A stretch of DNA of 64,000 nucleotides from Bacteroidia bacterium (GTDB taxonomy: Bacteria > Bacteroidota > Bacteroidia > CAIKAF01), in NCBI GenBank assembly GCA_030427255.1, contig JAUHWY010000001.1, forward strand, positions 48,141 through 112,140, read 5' to 3'. Made by a program: the position numbers and the translations under genes. Of the stretch, positions 49,489 through 59,820 are shown piece after piece (within the stretch, counting starts at the first letter, position 1; the number at the start of each line of letters is the position of its first letter). The notes under the pieces were generated by a model that saw only the letters and a list, made by a program, of their open reading frames with translations, was not told the DNA's origin and ran no database searches.

Positions 49489-50560
49489 CCAGCTCTTCTT
49501 GAAGTTTTTCGGCTTGTTCTGTCGTTTGCAATGCTTTTATGATAGGCATCAAATGGCCGTTCATGATTTCCGGTAAGTTATAGACCGACAAATTGATGCG
49601 GTGGTCGGTGAGTCTGCTTTGCGGAAAGTTGTATGTGCGGATTTTAGCGCTTCGGTCTCCGGTGCTCACCATAGATTTTCTTTTTCCTGAAAGCTCGGCT
49701 TGCTTTTCGCGCAAGGCTTTTTCGAACAAACGGGAGCGCAATACTTGCATGGCCTTGTCAAAATTACGCAATTGCGAGCGTTCGTCTTGGCAAGAAACCA
49801 CCAATCCGGTAGGCAAGTGGGTCAAACGAACGGCTGAATAGGTTGTATTTACGGACTGCCCTCCTGCACCGGAGGAGCAAAACGTATCTTTTCGAATGTC
49901 TTTGGGGTCGATATGCACGTCTACCTCGTCTGCTTCGGGCAAAACCACCACCGTAGCGGCTGAGGTGTGTATGCGTCCTTGTGTTTCAGTGGCAGGTACG
50001 CGCTGCACCCGATGGACCCCGCTTTCGAACTTTAGGGTACCATAGGCCATATTGCCTTCAACGTTTACAATAACTTCTTTGTAGCCACCGGAAGTTCCTG
50101 GGGTGGCGTCTACGTGCACTACTTTAAACCCTTCGTTTTCGCAAAAGCGTTCGTACATGCGCAGCAAATCGCCGGCAAAAATGGCCGCCTCGTCGCCACC
50201 GGTTCCTCCTCGAATTTCCAACACAGCATTGCGGTGGTCTTCCGGGTCTTTTGGTACCAAAAGCAGACGCAGTTTTTCCTCCTGGGTTTCTATGGTTTGT
50301 TCTAAATGTTCAATTTCTTCTTTAGCCAGGTTGCGTAAGTCCTCATCTTTTTCTTCACGCAGCAAGGCTTTGGCCGATTCCATGTGTTGTTTGGCTTCTT
50401 TCCAAAGAGCACCTTCTTTGCAGATGGCTTCGGCTTCGCCATAAGCTCTTTGTAGGGCCACAAAAGCTTTAACGTCTGCCGCTATTTGGGGGTCAGACAA
50501 TTGAGTTTCAAGTTCTTCTTTTTTTTCTTGAAAATGGGCTATGCGGGCTTCTAAATTCAT
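49481..50560 (-). CDS. prfA: Peptide chain release factor 1
   Basis: GGQ motif (SGAGGQSVNTT) and PAT tripeptide (RF1-type). Confidence 0.9.
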   Translation of the reverse strand: MNLEARIAHFQEKKEELETQLSDPQIAADVKAFVALQRAYGEAEAICKEGALWKEAKQHMESAKALLREEKDEDLRNLAKEEIEHLEQTIETQEEKLRLLLVPKDPEDHRNAVLEIRGGTGGDEAAIFAGDLLRMYERFCENEGFKVVHVDATPGTSGGYKEVIVNVEGNMAYGTLKFESGVHRVQRVPATETQGRIHTSAATVVVLPEADEVDVHIDPKDIRKDTFCSSGAGGQSVNTTYSAVRLTHLPTGLVVSCQDERSQLRNFDKAMQVLRSRLFEKALREKQAELSGKRKSMVSTGDRSAKIRTYNFPQSRLTDHRINLSVYNLPEIMNGHLMPIIKALQTTEQAEKLQEELDG

Positions 50561-51723
50561 TCGGTGTAGCTAAATGTGCCAAATTCGGTTTCCAACACCA
50601 CTTCGGCTTTTTCGGAGGCTTGCACAAAACCACTAATGGTGGCGTCTAAGCCAAAAGGGCGACAAGCGGCAACAAATTCTTCGGCCGCCGATGGCGGCAT
50701 AAAAAGTTCCATGCGGCTGCCCATGTTAAATACGGTATACATTTCCTGCCAATCGGTTCCCGATTGTCTTTGAATGGCTCTAAACAAGGGCGGAACGGGG
50801 AGCATTTGGTTTTTAATCACCTTGTGTCCCTTCAAAAATTTAAGGACTTTGGTATGGGCTCCACCCGTGAGGTGAATAATGCCATGAATTTGAGGTCTAA
50901 ATATGGGCAGCAATTCTTTGAGGATGGGCAAGTAGGTGCGGGTGGGCGATAAGGCCAAACGGCCATAATCTATGCCTGTAGATGGTTCGGTATCGGTGAG
51001 GCTTAGTTTTCCAGAATACAAGAATTGCGAAGAAATGAGTGGGTCATAGGTTTCGGGGTACTCACGCAAGTAGCTTTTGTTGAACAGGTCATGCCTGGCA
51101 GAAGTTAGGCCATTGCAGCCAATGCCGCTGTTGTATTGGGCTTCGTAGTTGGTTTGTCCATAACTTGCCAGGGAAACCACGGCATCACCGTCTTTAGGTT
51201 GAATTTCAATAACCTGTTTCCTTTCCATGCGGCCCATAACGGTAAAACCAACGTCAATGGTGCGCACCAAATCGCCTACATCGGCGGTTTCTCCTCCGGC
51301 ATGCTGAATGTTTAAACCTAAGGCGTTCCAATCGTTTATAATTTCGGCGGTACCTTGAATGAGCGCTTCTAAAACACTCCCGGGAATTAGGGTTTTGTTT
51401 CGGGCAATGGTAGAGGATATAACAAAGCCTTCGGTCATTCCTGCGCAGGCCATATCGTCTAAGTTCATTACCAAGGCATCTTGAGCGATGTGCTTCCAAA
51501 CGGAAAGGTCACCGGTGGTTTTCCAATACAAATAAGCCAAAATGGGTTTGGTACCTGCTGTATCGGCATGCATGATGAGGGCATGTTCGGGGGAGCCGGT
51601 GAGCACATCGGGAAGGATTTTACAAAACGCTTTTGGATACAAGCCTTTGTCCAAATTTCGAATGGCTTGGTGCACCTCTTTTTTGTCGGAGGAAACGCCT
51701 CGTGCGGCATAACGATCGCTCAT
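50557..51723 (-). CDS. purM: Phosphoribosylformylglycinamidine cyclo-ligase (AIR synthase), Bacteroidota long form
   Basis: N-terminus MSDRYAARGVSSDKKEVHQAIRNLDKGLYPKAFCKI... matches the Bacteroides PurM pattern. Confidence 0.88.
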   Translation of the reverse strand: MSDRYAARGVSSDKKEVHQAIRNLDKGLYPKAFCKILPDVLTGSPEHALIMHADTAGTKPILAYLYWKTTGDLSVWKHIAQDALVMNLDDMACAGMTEGFVISSTIARNKTLIPGSVLEALIQGTAEIINDWNALGLNIQHAGGETADVGDLVRTIDVGFTVMGRMERKQVIEIQPKDGDAVVSLASYGQTNYEAQYNSGIGCNGLTSARHDLFNKSYLREYPETYDPLISSQFLYSGKLSLTDTEPSTGIDYGRLALSPTRTYLPILKELLPIFRPQIHGIIHLTGGAHTKVLKFLKGHKVIKNQMLPVPPLFRAIQRQSGTDWQEMYTVFNMGSRMELFMPPSAAEEFVAACRPFGLDATISGFVQASEKAEVVLETEFGTFSYTE

Positions 51724-51839
51724 AATGCAAAGGTCAACATTTTTTGGAAGATAAAGCGCCCCGGCCTGAACGGACAGCTGACTGAAGTGGGCCTTTAGTC
51801 CGCCTTTGGAGACCGTTGAGGGGAGGCGTTTTCAAGGCA

Positions 51840-51990
51840 GATTAAGGCACGGACAAATGGAAAGTCCGCAGTTTACTAACGGTAAATGAGGACTCCTGAC
51901 GCTATGGTCAGGACAAAAATGCTTGACATTTGGCCGTAACGCAAACCCTGACGCCTTGGTCAGGGCAAGTATTTCACCAGAATAGCTTTC
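51840..51990. repeat. REP/BIME-like composite element, homologous to 31520-31660
   Basis: AGTTTACTAxxGTAAATGAGGAC...CCTGACGC...GGTCAGG...CAGAATAGC is shared. Confidence 0.6.
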
Positions 51991-52101
51991 CCTCAACGGG
52001 CTCCTTTGGCGAGGAGGTGGAGCCTTAAGCGAACCCCCGCAGCCTTAGGCGGACTTAAGGCCCACAAAGGCACTGGAAGTGGAGGACGGAACAGGCGCCC
52101 C

Positions 52102-52134
52102 AAAAAAAAGGCCATCTCGAAAGATGACCTTTTG
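52102..52134 (-). terminator. Rho-independent terminator of the OmpA-family gene
   Basis: GGTCATCT-TTCG-AGATGGCC hairpin and a T-run in minus-strand sense. Confidence 0.55.
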
Positions 52135-52152
52135 TTGTTCGGTGTTTTTTAA

Positions 52153-54258
52153 TTATTCGCCTTCGGGCTTGGGCGTGCCTTCGCCGCCTTCTTCCTCTTC
52201 GTTTTTAGGCGTACCCGGTTTGAAGTCCTCAGAGAGAATTTTCAGCGTTACGCGACGATTGATACGGTGGGCGTCTTCGAATACCTCTTCGCCTTCGCTG
52301 GTGCGGAGCGCGTTGATGTATTCCTCGGTCATAACGGTATCTTTATTGAAGATGTAACCGGTTTTAAGACCTTTCATGTCTTTGAGCAATTTCCGAGGTT
52401 CGGTTTCGCCATAGCCATTAGGTACCAATCTGTTGGGGTCGATACCCGCATCTACAAGGAGACGCACGATTTCGTTGGCACGACGCTCGGATAGTTTCCG
52501 GTTGTATTCGTCGTTACCTCTGGCATCGGTATGGGCACCAATCTCAACTTTCAGCCTTGGGTTGTCTTCAAGAATGATTTGAAGGTTTTTGACGGTATCC
52601 ATGTATTCAGGTTCGACTTCTTTTTTATCGAATACAAACTGAATTTCGAATTCAAGGCTAACCTTGGTTGTTTTGAGGGCAAAATCAGCTACGATGTTGG
52701 TGTCTTTGCAGGTTTTGAGTGGATCAAGACCCATGGAAGAGGCACGGTTTACATCGTTGTAATAGTTTTCTCTGGTGGCCTGCATGTCGTAAGTAACCCC
52801 AAAAGGAATATCCATTTTATAGAAGCCCATTTTGTCGGTAGTGATGGTCTTTTTTTCGCCATCGGGATTGGTGAGTTCTACGGTAGCGTTTTCCAATGGT
52901 TCTCTGGTGTCTACGTCAACCACGGTTCCGCTAAGGGTAATGGTGGCGGTAGGGATGGAGAAAGCCCAAATGTCGTCGAGTCCCCGGCTTCCTTCGCGGT
53001 TTGAGGACAAGTAGCCTCTTTCTTGTCCGCGTTCAAACATGATTCCGAAATCGTCCTTAGGCGAGTTGATTGGAAACTTCATGTTTTCTACGTTACCCCA
53101 GGTTTTGTCTCCGGTGAGCTCGGCCTTGTAAATGTCAAGGCCACCCATACCTTCGGGGCGGTTGGAGGAGAAATAAAGCGTACCGTCGAGTTTGAGGTGC
53201 GGATATACTTCGTTATCGGTGGTGTTGATTTCGTCGCCCAAGTTTTTGGGTTCAACAAAGGTTTTAGCGCGGCGCTGGTATTCGGCCACCCATAAGTCCA
53301 TTCCTCCTTTGGTGCCGGTCATATTGGAGGCAAATACCATATACTTTCCATCTCCTGAGATGGTTGGGTGCGCAGTTACGAAGCTGTCCGGAGCGATTTC
53401 AATGTTTTCCGGTTCTGCCCATTTGGTACCCATGCGACGGGTTTTAAGGATGCGGCATCCGGAGCCGTTTTTCTTGTCTTGGAAACAACGGGTAAAGTAC
53501 ATGTAGCTGTAGCGGTTGTCCATGGCGCCGGCGCCTTCGGAGTGTTCGGAAGATAGACCTTCCAATCGCTTAGGCTCTTTCCATTCATTGGAACGACGTT
53601 CGGCTTCAACCATATACAAATCTTCGGGAACACCGCCATGGGTTCCCCATTCTTTGCCTGAGCCTTTGCCTTTAAACTTTCGGTTGGAGGTGAAAATAAT
53701 TTCGTCTTGACGGCGTGAAGAGATAAAAGGAGAGAACTCCATATCTCTAGTATTCCAGGCTTTAACGTTTTCTACTTGATAACAAGTAGGGTTGTTTTTC
53801 CATTGGATAGCGAGTTCGCAGGATTTCACGCCCAATTCGCCGCGAGGGTCGTTGGGTTCCATTTCCTTGTATTTTTTGAACTCGCTCATAGCCTCTTCGT
53901 ATTCACCTTCGGCTTTAAGTAAGCTAGCGTATTCGTAGATAGCGGCAGCATTTTTAGGGTCGTAGCGCAGCACCTTTTTTAGTTGGCTGGTGGCTCTCCT
54001 GTATTCGTTCATTTTTAGGTAACACTTGGCTACCATAAACGCTACGCAAGCCTTCATGGACTTGTCTTTGCCCACTTTTCCTGAGGCTTTTTGGTAGAGC
54101 TTGATTGCTTCAGGGAAATTGTTGCTGATGTAAGCAAAGTCAGCTTTAGCTGTGCCTTTGTGCCCACATTGCGCCATAGCCGGCTGGGCTGCCATAAGGG
54201 CTAATCCGACCATAAGGCCGGCAGTTCGGGTCAGTGCGTTGGTCTTCGTTCTCGCCAT
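52153..54258 (-). CDS. OmpA-family peptidoglycan-associated protein with N-terminal TPR and TolB-like beta-propeller repeats
   Basis: C-terminal OmpA motif (GAHTDARGNDEYNRKLSERRA); signal peptide. Confidence 0.8.
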   Translation of the reverse strand: MARTKTNALTRTAGLMVGLALMAAQPAMAQCGHKGTAKADFAYISNNFPEAIKLYQKASGKVGKDKSMKACVAFMVAKCYLKMNEYRRATSQLKKVLRYDPKNAAAIYEYASLLKAEGEYEEAMSEFKKYKEMEPNDPRGELGVKSCELAIQWKNNPTCYQVENVKAWNTRDMEFSPFISSRRQDEIIFTSNRKFKGKGSGKEWGTHGGVPEDLYMVEAERRSNEWKEPKRLEGLSSEHSEGAGAMDNRYSYMYFTRCFQDKKNGSGCRILKTRRMGTKWAEPENIEIAPDSFVTAHPTISGDGKYMVFASNMTGTKGGMDLWVAEYQRRAKTFVEPKNLGDEINTTDNEVYPHLKLDGTLYFSSNRPEGMGGLDIYKAELTGDKTWGNVENMKFPINSPKDDFGIMFERGQERGYLSSNREGSRGLDDIWAFSIPTATITLSGTVVDVDTREPLENATVELTNPDGEKKTITTDKMGFYKMDIPFGVTYDMQATRENYYNDVNRASSMGLDPLKTCKDTNIVADFALKTTKVSLEFEIQFVFDKKEVEPEYMDTVKNLQIILEDNPRLKVEIGAHTDARGNDEYNRKLSERRANEIVRLLVDAGIDPNRLVPNGYGETEPRKLLKDMKGLKTGYIFNKDTVMTEEYINALRTSEGEEVFEDAHRINRRVTLKILSEDFKPGTPKNEEEEGGEGTPKPEGE

Positions 54259-54312
54259 GTTTATCCAATTGGATTACTTTGTCCTTTAACGTCCAAATAT
54301 GCAGCATATTTT

Positions 54313-54972
54313 TTAAAATCCCAATTCCGGATACAGGATAAAGACAAGATTTAAGCTTGCAAAGAAGAAAACTTGTAAAAAGAACACGGCCAATGCAATG
54401 GGATTTGACCGGGGAGGGCTGATTTTTTGAAAGGCCCAATGAAATGCCAAGGCAAGCCCAAACCAACATATATAATTGAAGATGGGGATATTTCCTCCTG
54501 CCCAATGCCAATAATCAAAACGTATGGCCACTTGCTCCAAAAGCACATCGTAGGCCGTCATGGTTCCGGCAGCGAGCAATGGCCTCCACATGGAATGAAT
54601 CTTGCGCCATAAGGCCTGTGTCATCCAAACCATAAGCACCCAATTGACCCCAATCATAATTGGGATTCCTTGAATTTTCCAACCCAGCGCCTCTCCGTAA
54701 TGGTAATTTCCAAAAAGAAGTCCCGTATGCACCCCAAGCCATTCGGCAAAGAAGCCTCCGGTAAAAGGTATAAGGACAGCCACCCAACGGGCTTTTGGCC
54801 AAGGATACTCCCAAGCTATAAGCAAACCAAAAGCCAACAAAAGGTTGGCCACGGTGAGCGAGGCGGTTAGTGTTCGGGTGGGAGGGTATATGAGGCCTAC
54901 CAAGCCCACCAAGTAAATTATGGTCAAAAAAAGGATGATTTTTTTTGCCCCAATTTCTTTTAAGCCCTTCAT
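54313..54972 (-). CDS. Multi-TM membrane protein, possibly carotenoid-biosynthesis-associated
   Basis: Hydrophobic 219 aa; 4-nt overlap with the upstream crtI-like gene. Confidence 0.35.
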   Translation of the reverse strand: MKGLKEIGAKKIILFLTIIYLVGLVGLIYPPTRTLTASLTVANLLLAFGLLIAWEYPWPKARWVAVLIPFTGGFFAEWLGVHTGLLFGNYHYGEALGWKIQGIPIMIGVNWVLMVWMTQALWRKIHSMWRPLLAAGTMTAYDVLLEQVAIRFDYWHWAGGNIPIFNYICWFGLALAFHWAFQKISPPRSNPIALAVFFLQVFFFASLNLVFILYPELGF

Positions 54973-56438
54973 GCGTCCGGGATTTCATTGGCTGCGATGG
55001 CAGCAGAATTTAAACATAAGGGAATTCCACCGCCGGGGTGCACACTCCCTCCCGTAAAGTACAGGTTTTTGAATCGACGCGAAAAATTAGGGTGGCGGTT
55101 AAAGGCAGCCATGCGTTGGTTGCTCGCACTTCCATACAAGGCTCCATCAGGCGAGCCGGTTCGGTCGGCAATCCCTTTGGGATTTAAAATCCATTCGGCT
55201 CGAATCTTGGATTCAACCGGTCGATTCAAAATCCGTTCTAACTTTTGCAAGATGCTTTTCCTTGCCTGGTCTTGTGCTTCCCGGCTTAGTGGTTTGTCGC
55301 CCGGAAGGTTGATCATGGTGAACCAATTTTCATGGCCCTTTGGGGCATCTCCTTCCACCTTTTTGCTCGAGATGTATATGTAAATGGTGGGATCGTCCGG
55401 CGCGCCTGATTGGTTTTCCAATTGATGAAACTCCTTTTGGTAATCGTCCGAAAAGAAAATATTGTGGAGTTCCAGCTCTGGAAATGCTCCCTCTATTCCC
55501 CAATTGAAAACCAGAGCCGAGGTGCTTCGGTCGGCCTCTTTTATGCGTTTTGGGAGGGTTTCCTTGGGAGAGAGTAGGGGGTACAGGGCTGCTACATCAA
55601 TGGCACTTACGGTCAAATTCGGCTCTATTTCGTTTTCTTGAGCACAAACCTTGTGAATAACCCCATTTTGGTGATGGATTTGGGTTACGGTTTGCTCAAA
55701 CTTAAATTGCACCCCAAGCGATTTAGCCAACGACTCTAAGCCTTGAGTAATGGAAATCATACCCCCCTTGGGCAACCAGGCCCCTTGGAAGTACTCCAGA
55801 GAAGGAATGGCCTGTAAGGTTGCCGGAGCCTTGTATGGAGAGCTGCCATTGTAGGTGGCGTAGCGGTCAAATAGTTGCACCAGCTTGGGATTGTTCAATC
55901 GGGATGCGTGGGCTTGATGCATGCTTTTAAACACCTGCAATTGGGGAAATCTAGCCACTCCTCTCAAAAAATCTTTGGACAAAAAGGTGTCGGCTTTGTG
56001 CATGCTTCTAAAGAGAAACACCGGAGCTGTAGTATCGTAAATGTCTTTACTTCGCTGAAGTTGCTTCATTACGGCGGCCTTAGAAACTCCAAAGGCTTCC
56101 GCTGCGTCTTGGGCAAATTGATCCGGGTCTGCTGGTGCATCAAAGCGGGTTCCATCTTCCCAGAAATAGCGGCAAATGGGATCTAAACGCTCATATGCAA
56201 ACATTTCCTTTGGTTTTCCGGCCAGTTGATAAAGGTCTTCTACCAAAGTGGGTAAAGTAAACAGACTAGGGCCTGCGTCAAAACGGTAAGGACCGAGTTT
56301 GTATTCGGAAAGTTTGCCTCCGGCAAAGCTGTTTTTTTCCCAAACTTCTACCCGATAGCCTTTTATGGCCAAGCGAATAGATATGGCCAGTCCTGAAATT
56401 CCGGCACCCAATACTAAGGCCAGTGGTTTTTGCCTCAC
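54969..56438 (-). CDS. Phytoene desaturase family FAD-dependent oxidoreductase (CrtI/CrtD type)
   Basis: N-terminal dinucleotide-binding fold LVLGAGISGLAISIRL and the C-terminal carotene desaturase motif. Confidence 0.8.
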   Translation of the reverse strand: MRQKPLALVLGAGISGLAISIRLAIKGYRVEVWEKNSFAGGKLSEYKLGPYRFDAGPSLFTLPTLVEDLYQLAGKPKEMFAYERLDPICRYFWEDGTRFDAPADPDQFAQDAAEAFGVSKAAVMKQLQRSKDIYDTTAPVFLFRSMHKADTFLSKDFLRGVARFPQLQVFKSMHQAHASRLNNPKLVQLFDRYATYNGSSPYKAPATLQAIPSLEYFQGAWLPKGGMISITQGLESLAKSLGVQFKFEQTVTQIHHQNGVIHKVCAQENEIEPNLTVSAIDVAALYPLLSPKETLPKRIKEADRSTSALVFNWGIEGAFPELELHNIFFSDDYQKEFHQLENQSGAPDDPTIYIYISSKKVEGDAPKGHENWFTMINLPGDKPLSREAQDQARKSILQKLERILNRPVESKIRAEWILNPKGIADRTGSPDGALYGSASNQRMAAFNRHPNFSRRFKNLYFTGGSVHPGGGIPLCLNSAAIAANEIPDA

Positions 56439-56584
56439 GCAATGATTTTTGATAAGAACAGGCAGAAAAAGGAATGGTTTAAGGGAATCTCCTCATGCGC
56501 CCTTCGGTTTTGTTGGTGAAGCGAATTAATTGAAGTTGAAATTGCTCTCTGGCTGCTTATCATAAACCAAAAGAGACCGTTGAC

Positions 56585-56770
56585 GAATTGCTATTCCGGC
56601 GGCGATTCTGCCCTGACGCTGCGGTCAGGATAATACACGCTTACAGGAACCTCAGGGGCTGCGTTGCGTTCAAACCTCAAGCATTTTGCTCTGACCTTAA
56701 CGTCACGAGGCCCTTCGATTTGTACCTGCCTTAAACCCCTGACGCTTCAGTCAGGAACTACGTCTTAAGA
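56585..56770. repeat. REP/BIME-like cluster (CCTGACGCTGCGGTCAGG, CCTGACGCTTCAGTCAGG)
   Basis: Begins GCTATTC, the reverse complement of the ...CAGAATAGC terminus of the other copies. Confidence 0.55.
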
Positions 56771-56893
56771 ACACAAGGCGTCAACGGTCTCCAAAGGTTC
56801 TATTTGTGTTTAGGGAATTTAAGCGCATTGTGTTTGTCTAATTCCATTATATATATGCCTCAAAAGTGAGTGAAACGGCAGGTGCAAAGGGTT

Positions 56894-58009
56894 TTACTCC
56901 AAACCCAAAAGCCAATTCCAAGCTTGCTCAAAACGTTTGGGGTCAAAGGCTGGATGGTTGGTTAATGCCTGCGGTTTAATGGCTTGGAGCCGACCTTCGC
57001 GTGCTTCGGTAAGGCTTTTTGTCCAGTCTTCTAAAGTTGATTTTACATGGCAAAAATCCTCGAGTCCTGTGCCTTCTACCATTGCCGGATTGCACAACAC
57101 AGGCCGTCCTGTGCTTAGGGCATGCAAGAGTTTGAGTTTGACCCCGGTATTTTGGTTGGTGGGCAATACGTGCACGCTGCAAGATTCCATCCATTGCTTT
57201 AAAACGGCATCGCCGGGAGATTCCAACCAACGTACCTGCTTATTGGGAAATTGCTTGGCCAAGGCATTTGCTCCCCGACCTGCAATCCATAAAGGGAATT
57301 CATCGGTCCAAGGAAGCCTTAGCAACCACTTTACTGCTGCTTGGTTTTCTATGACACTTAAGTCTCCATGATAAAGCGCCATTGGCAATGCTTTATTTGG
57401 GTTGGGTTCCACTTTCCAAGGATGGCCGGGATAGTGCAAGAAAACCGGTCGACCATACCTTTCGAAATGGTTGAGGTCTCCGGGACGAATGACCACCAAT
57501 CCCGAAGCTAAGGCTAGCATTTTTTCGGAATTTCGAAGTCGGGCAGCTTCCCATTTGAAATAAAACTTAGGGATTATACGGTGCTCATTTCCGGCTAAGC
57601 CTTGGTAATAATCGGCCTCAATATTGTGGCAACGAACCACAATACATCGATTTGGGAAAGCTTTACGAAGCTTGGGCAGCCAAGCCGTGCTGTGTTGGCC
57701 TTCTAACCAAATGGGCGCGTTGTCCTTGCTGAGCGATTTCCACAGTGCCTCGTTTTTTCTACTGGCAACAATGTAGGGAAGCCTTCCCCAACCGCTTTTT
57801 TTAAAAGAACTTCGCTTGTAGAGCTTTACCTCACCTGCCCAAGCCGGGGTTTGAGCATCTGCTTGTCTTCCATAGTCAAAAGCGTGCAGGGCAATTTGGT
57901 GTCCGGCTTCACACCAGGCCTTCCAACGGTAATGCACATCCTGTATTCCTCCATAGCCGGGAGGCCAAGGACGGTCAAAGCATACCATATGCAGCTCAGG
58001 AGCGGGCAT
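56894..58009 (-). CDS. Glycosyltransferase, GT4-like
   Basis: C-terminal GT-B (glycosyl transferase group 1) region. Start placed at an internal Met to limit overlap. Confidence 0.6.
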   Translation of the reverse strand: MPAPELHMVCFDRPWPPGYGGIQDVHYRWKAWCEAGHQIALHAFDYGRQADAQTPAWAGEVKLYKRSSFKKSGWGRLPYIVASRKNEALWKSLSKDNAPIWLEGQHSTAWLPKLRKAFPNRCIVVRCHNIEADYYQGLAGNEHRIIPKFYFKWEAARLRNSEKMLALASGLVVIRPGDLNHFERYGRPVFLHYPGHPWKVEPNPNKALPMALYHGDLSVIENQAAVKWLLRLPWTDEFPLWIAGRGANALAKQFPNKQVRWLESPGDAVLKQWMESCSVHVLPTNQNTGVKLKLLHALSTGRPVLCNPAMVEGTGLEDFCHVKSTLEDWTKSLTEAREGRLQAIKPQALTNHPAFDPKRFEQAWNWLLGLE

Positions 58010-59144
58010 GGCTAAAGGCACGTTCGATTTGAGCCAAAAGGTTCGGGGCATCTTTTTCCCATACGAGCTCTTTGGCAGCTCTTTTGCAGTTTTCAGCAGC
58101 TAAACGGGTGCCTTCAGGGTCATTTAGGCGGCGTTTTACTGCTTTTGCGATGGCGGTTGGGCTTACCTCCGGCAACATCCAACCGGTTTCATAAGCTTTT
58201 AATACTTTTCGGAGTTCTATTAAATCTGAGCTGAGCACAGGAACCCCCGCTTGCATATAGTCAAAAAGTTTGTTGGGTAAGGAAAGCCTGTAATTGATGC
58301 TTAATGGTTTGTCAAGTGAAAGCCCCAATTGGCATAATCTGGTGCAGGCCAATAGCTCTTTGTAAGGCATCCGTTCGTGCCAAAGAAGTCGATTTCGAAC
58401 TCCTAAGGATTCGGCTATTGTGGGTAGGCTGTGAAAAATATCGCCACTACCTATGGTCGCCAAATATACATGGTCGGGAAGGTACTGTAATGCAGCAATA
58501 GCTTCTTCGGCGCCACGTTGCATGTTGATGCCACCGCCCTGTAAAATCATTATAAAAGCTTCCTCCGGCCAACCCAGTTCGGCGCGGTTTTTTGTGGGCT
58601 GGAGTTCAGCCAAGCTTTGTGCCATAGGTAAATTACGCAATACGCTAAATTCTTTGCCATATTGCTCTTGGAGCAATTGAGCGATGGATTCGTTTACGGT
58701 AAGTCGCGCTTGTGTACGTGGCACTAAAAAGCGTTCCAAGCTTCTCCAAATGCGGCGCTTAAGTGGCGATTCGCTAAGCTCAGGCATGCCGGTGTAAAAT
58801 TCGTGGCTGTCGTATACCAGTGGAACCCTGCGTAGTTGAGCAGCCAACCAGGCAGCAGGAAGACTGTCTAAATCATTGGCATATATCAAATCTGCTGGAC
58901 CTTTAAGTAGGGAAAAGAGCAAGCGGCATTGAAACTCTGCGAAAAAAGGAATGTTCTTATGAAACCAAGCACCTACTCGGTTTCTAGGGTAGAAGGTATG
59001 GCTTAAGGGGCAGGAATGTTTGCCTTTTCTTCCGGTTAGCTCAACCGAATAGCCTGCATGTACCAGAGTCTCGCAGGTCTTGCGCACCCTTTGGTCGGTT
59101 TCTAAATCAGATATAACCACTACCCGTATGGTTTTTGCCGGCAT
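57996..59144 (-). CDS. Glycosyltransferase family 4
   Basis: GT4 N- and C-domains. Start at MPAKTIRVVVIS. Confidence 0.7.
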   Translation of the reverse strand: MPAKTIRVVVISDLETDQRVRKTCETLVHAGYSVELTGRKGKHSCPLSHTFYPRNRVGAWFHKNIPFFAEFQCRLLFSLLKGPADLIYANDLDSLPAAWLAAQLRRVPLVYDSHEFYTGMPELSESPLKRRIWRSLERFLVPRTQARLTVNESIAQLLQEQYGKEFSVLRNLPMAQSLAELQPTKNRAELGWPEEAFIMILQGGGINMQRGAEEAIAALQYLPDHVYLATIGSGDIFHSLPTIAESLGVRNRLLWHERMPYKELLACTRLCQLGLSLDKPLSINYRLSLPNKLFDYMQAGVPVLSSDLIELRKVLKAYETGWMLPEVSPTAIAKAVKRRLNDPEGTRLAAENCKRAAKELVWEKDAPNLLAQIERAFSHARS

Positions 59145-59259
59145 GCTACGAAAGTAAATAAAGGACCGTGGTTTTGCATTACAAAAGGGCAAATGGGAGG
59201 ACTAAGGCCTTAGCTTTTCTTTGCTTGGGTAAAACTTTTATATTTTTCGGGTCTAAACC

Positions 59260-59820
59260 TTGGCCATGAAAGCTCATCTAATCTACATGCTGCGGCGCGT
59301 TCTGGCTTATTTTGTGGATGTGTTTATTGTTTATTCCGCGGTTATGCTTTTGCTCCAATCCTTGCTTTTGACTCCGGTAAGGAATGCGCTGGGCTGGGAT
59401 TGGAAATGGTTCGAAGACCCAACGCATATGTATCTGTACGTACTTCTTAGCATTTCTTTGCCGGGCTGGCTTTATTTTATTGGATTGGATGGATACCGAG
59501 GCCGCAACACTTTTGGTAAGCGCTTGTTTAAGCTTCAGTTAAGGAGACCCAATGGTAAAACTTTAGGGTGGCAACAAGTGCCTGCAAGGGTTTTCTTAAA
59601 ACTTTTGCCTTGGGAGTTGGCCCACATAGGCATGACGTTTCCTGAGCCCATGTTTGCGCAAGAGCAACCTCAGTTTAATCCCTTATTGTTCGTTTCTATG
59701 GGTTTGCCTTTATTTTATTTAGGGACTCTATGGTTTTCTCAAAAAGGCCAAACCGTGTATGATAGGCTAATCGGTACTGCGGTAATTGGGAAAAAGAAGG
59801 CAACCGGTGTATTTAAATAA
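59260..59820 (+). CDS. RDD family membrane protein
   Basis: RRVLAYFVDxF...YDRLIGTAVI pattern. Confidence 0.7.
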   Translation: MAMKAHLIYMLRRVLAYFVDVFIVYSAVMLLLQSLLLTPVRNALGWDWKWFEDPTHMYLYVLLSISLPGWLYFIGLDGYRGRNTFGKRLFKLQLRRPNGKTLGWQQVPARVFLKLLPWELAHIGMTFPEPMFAQEQPQFNPLLFVSMGLPLFYLGTLWFSQKGQTVYDRLIGTAVIGKKKATGVFK

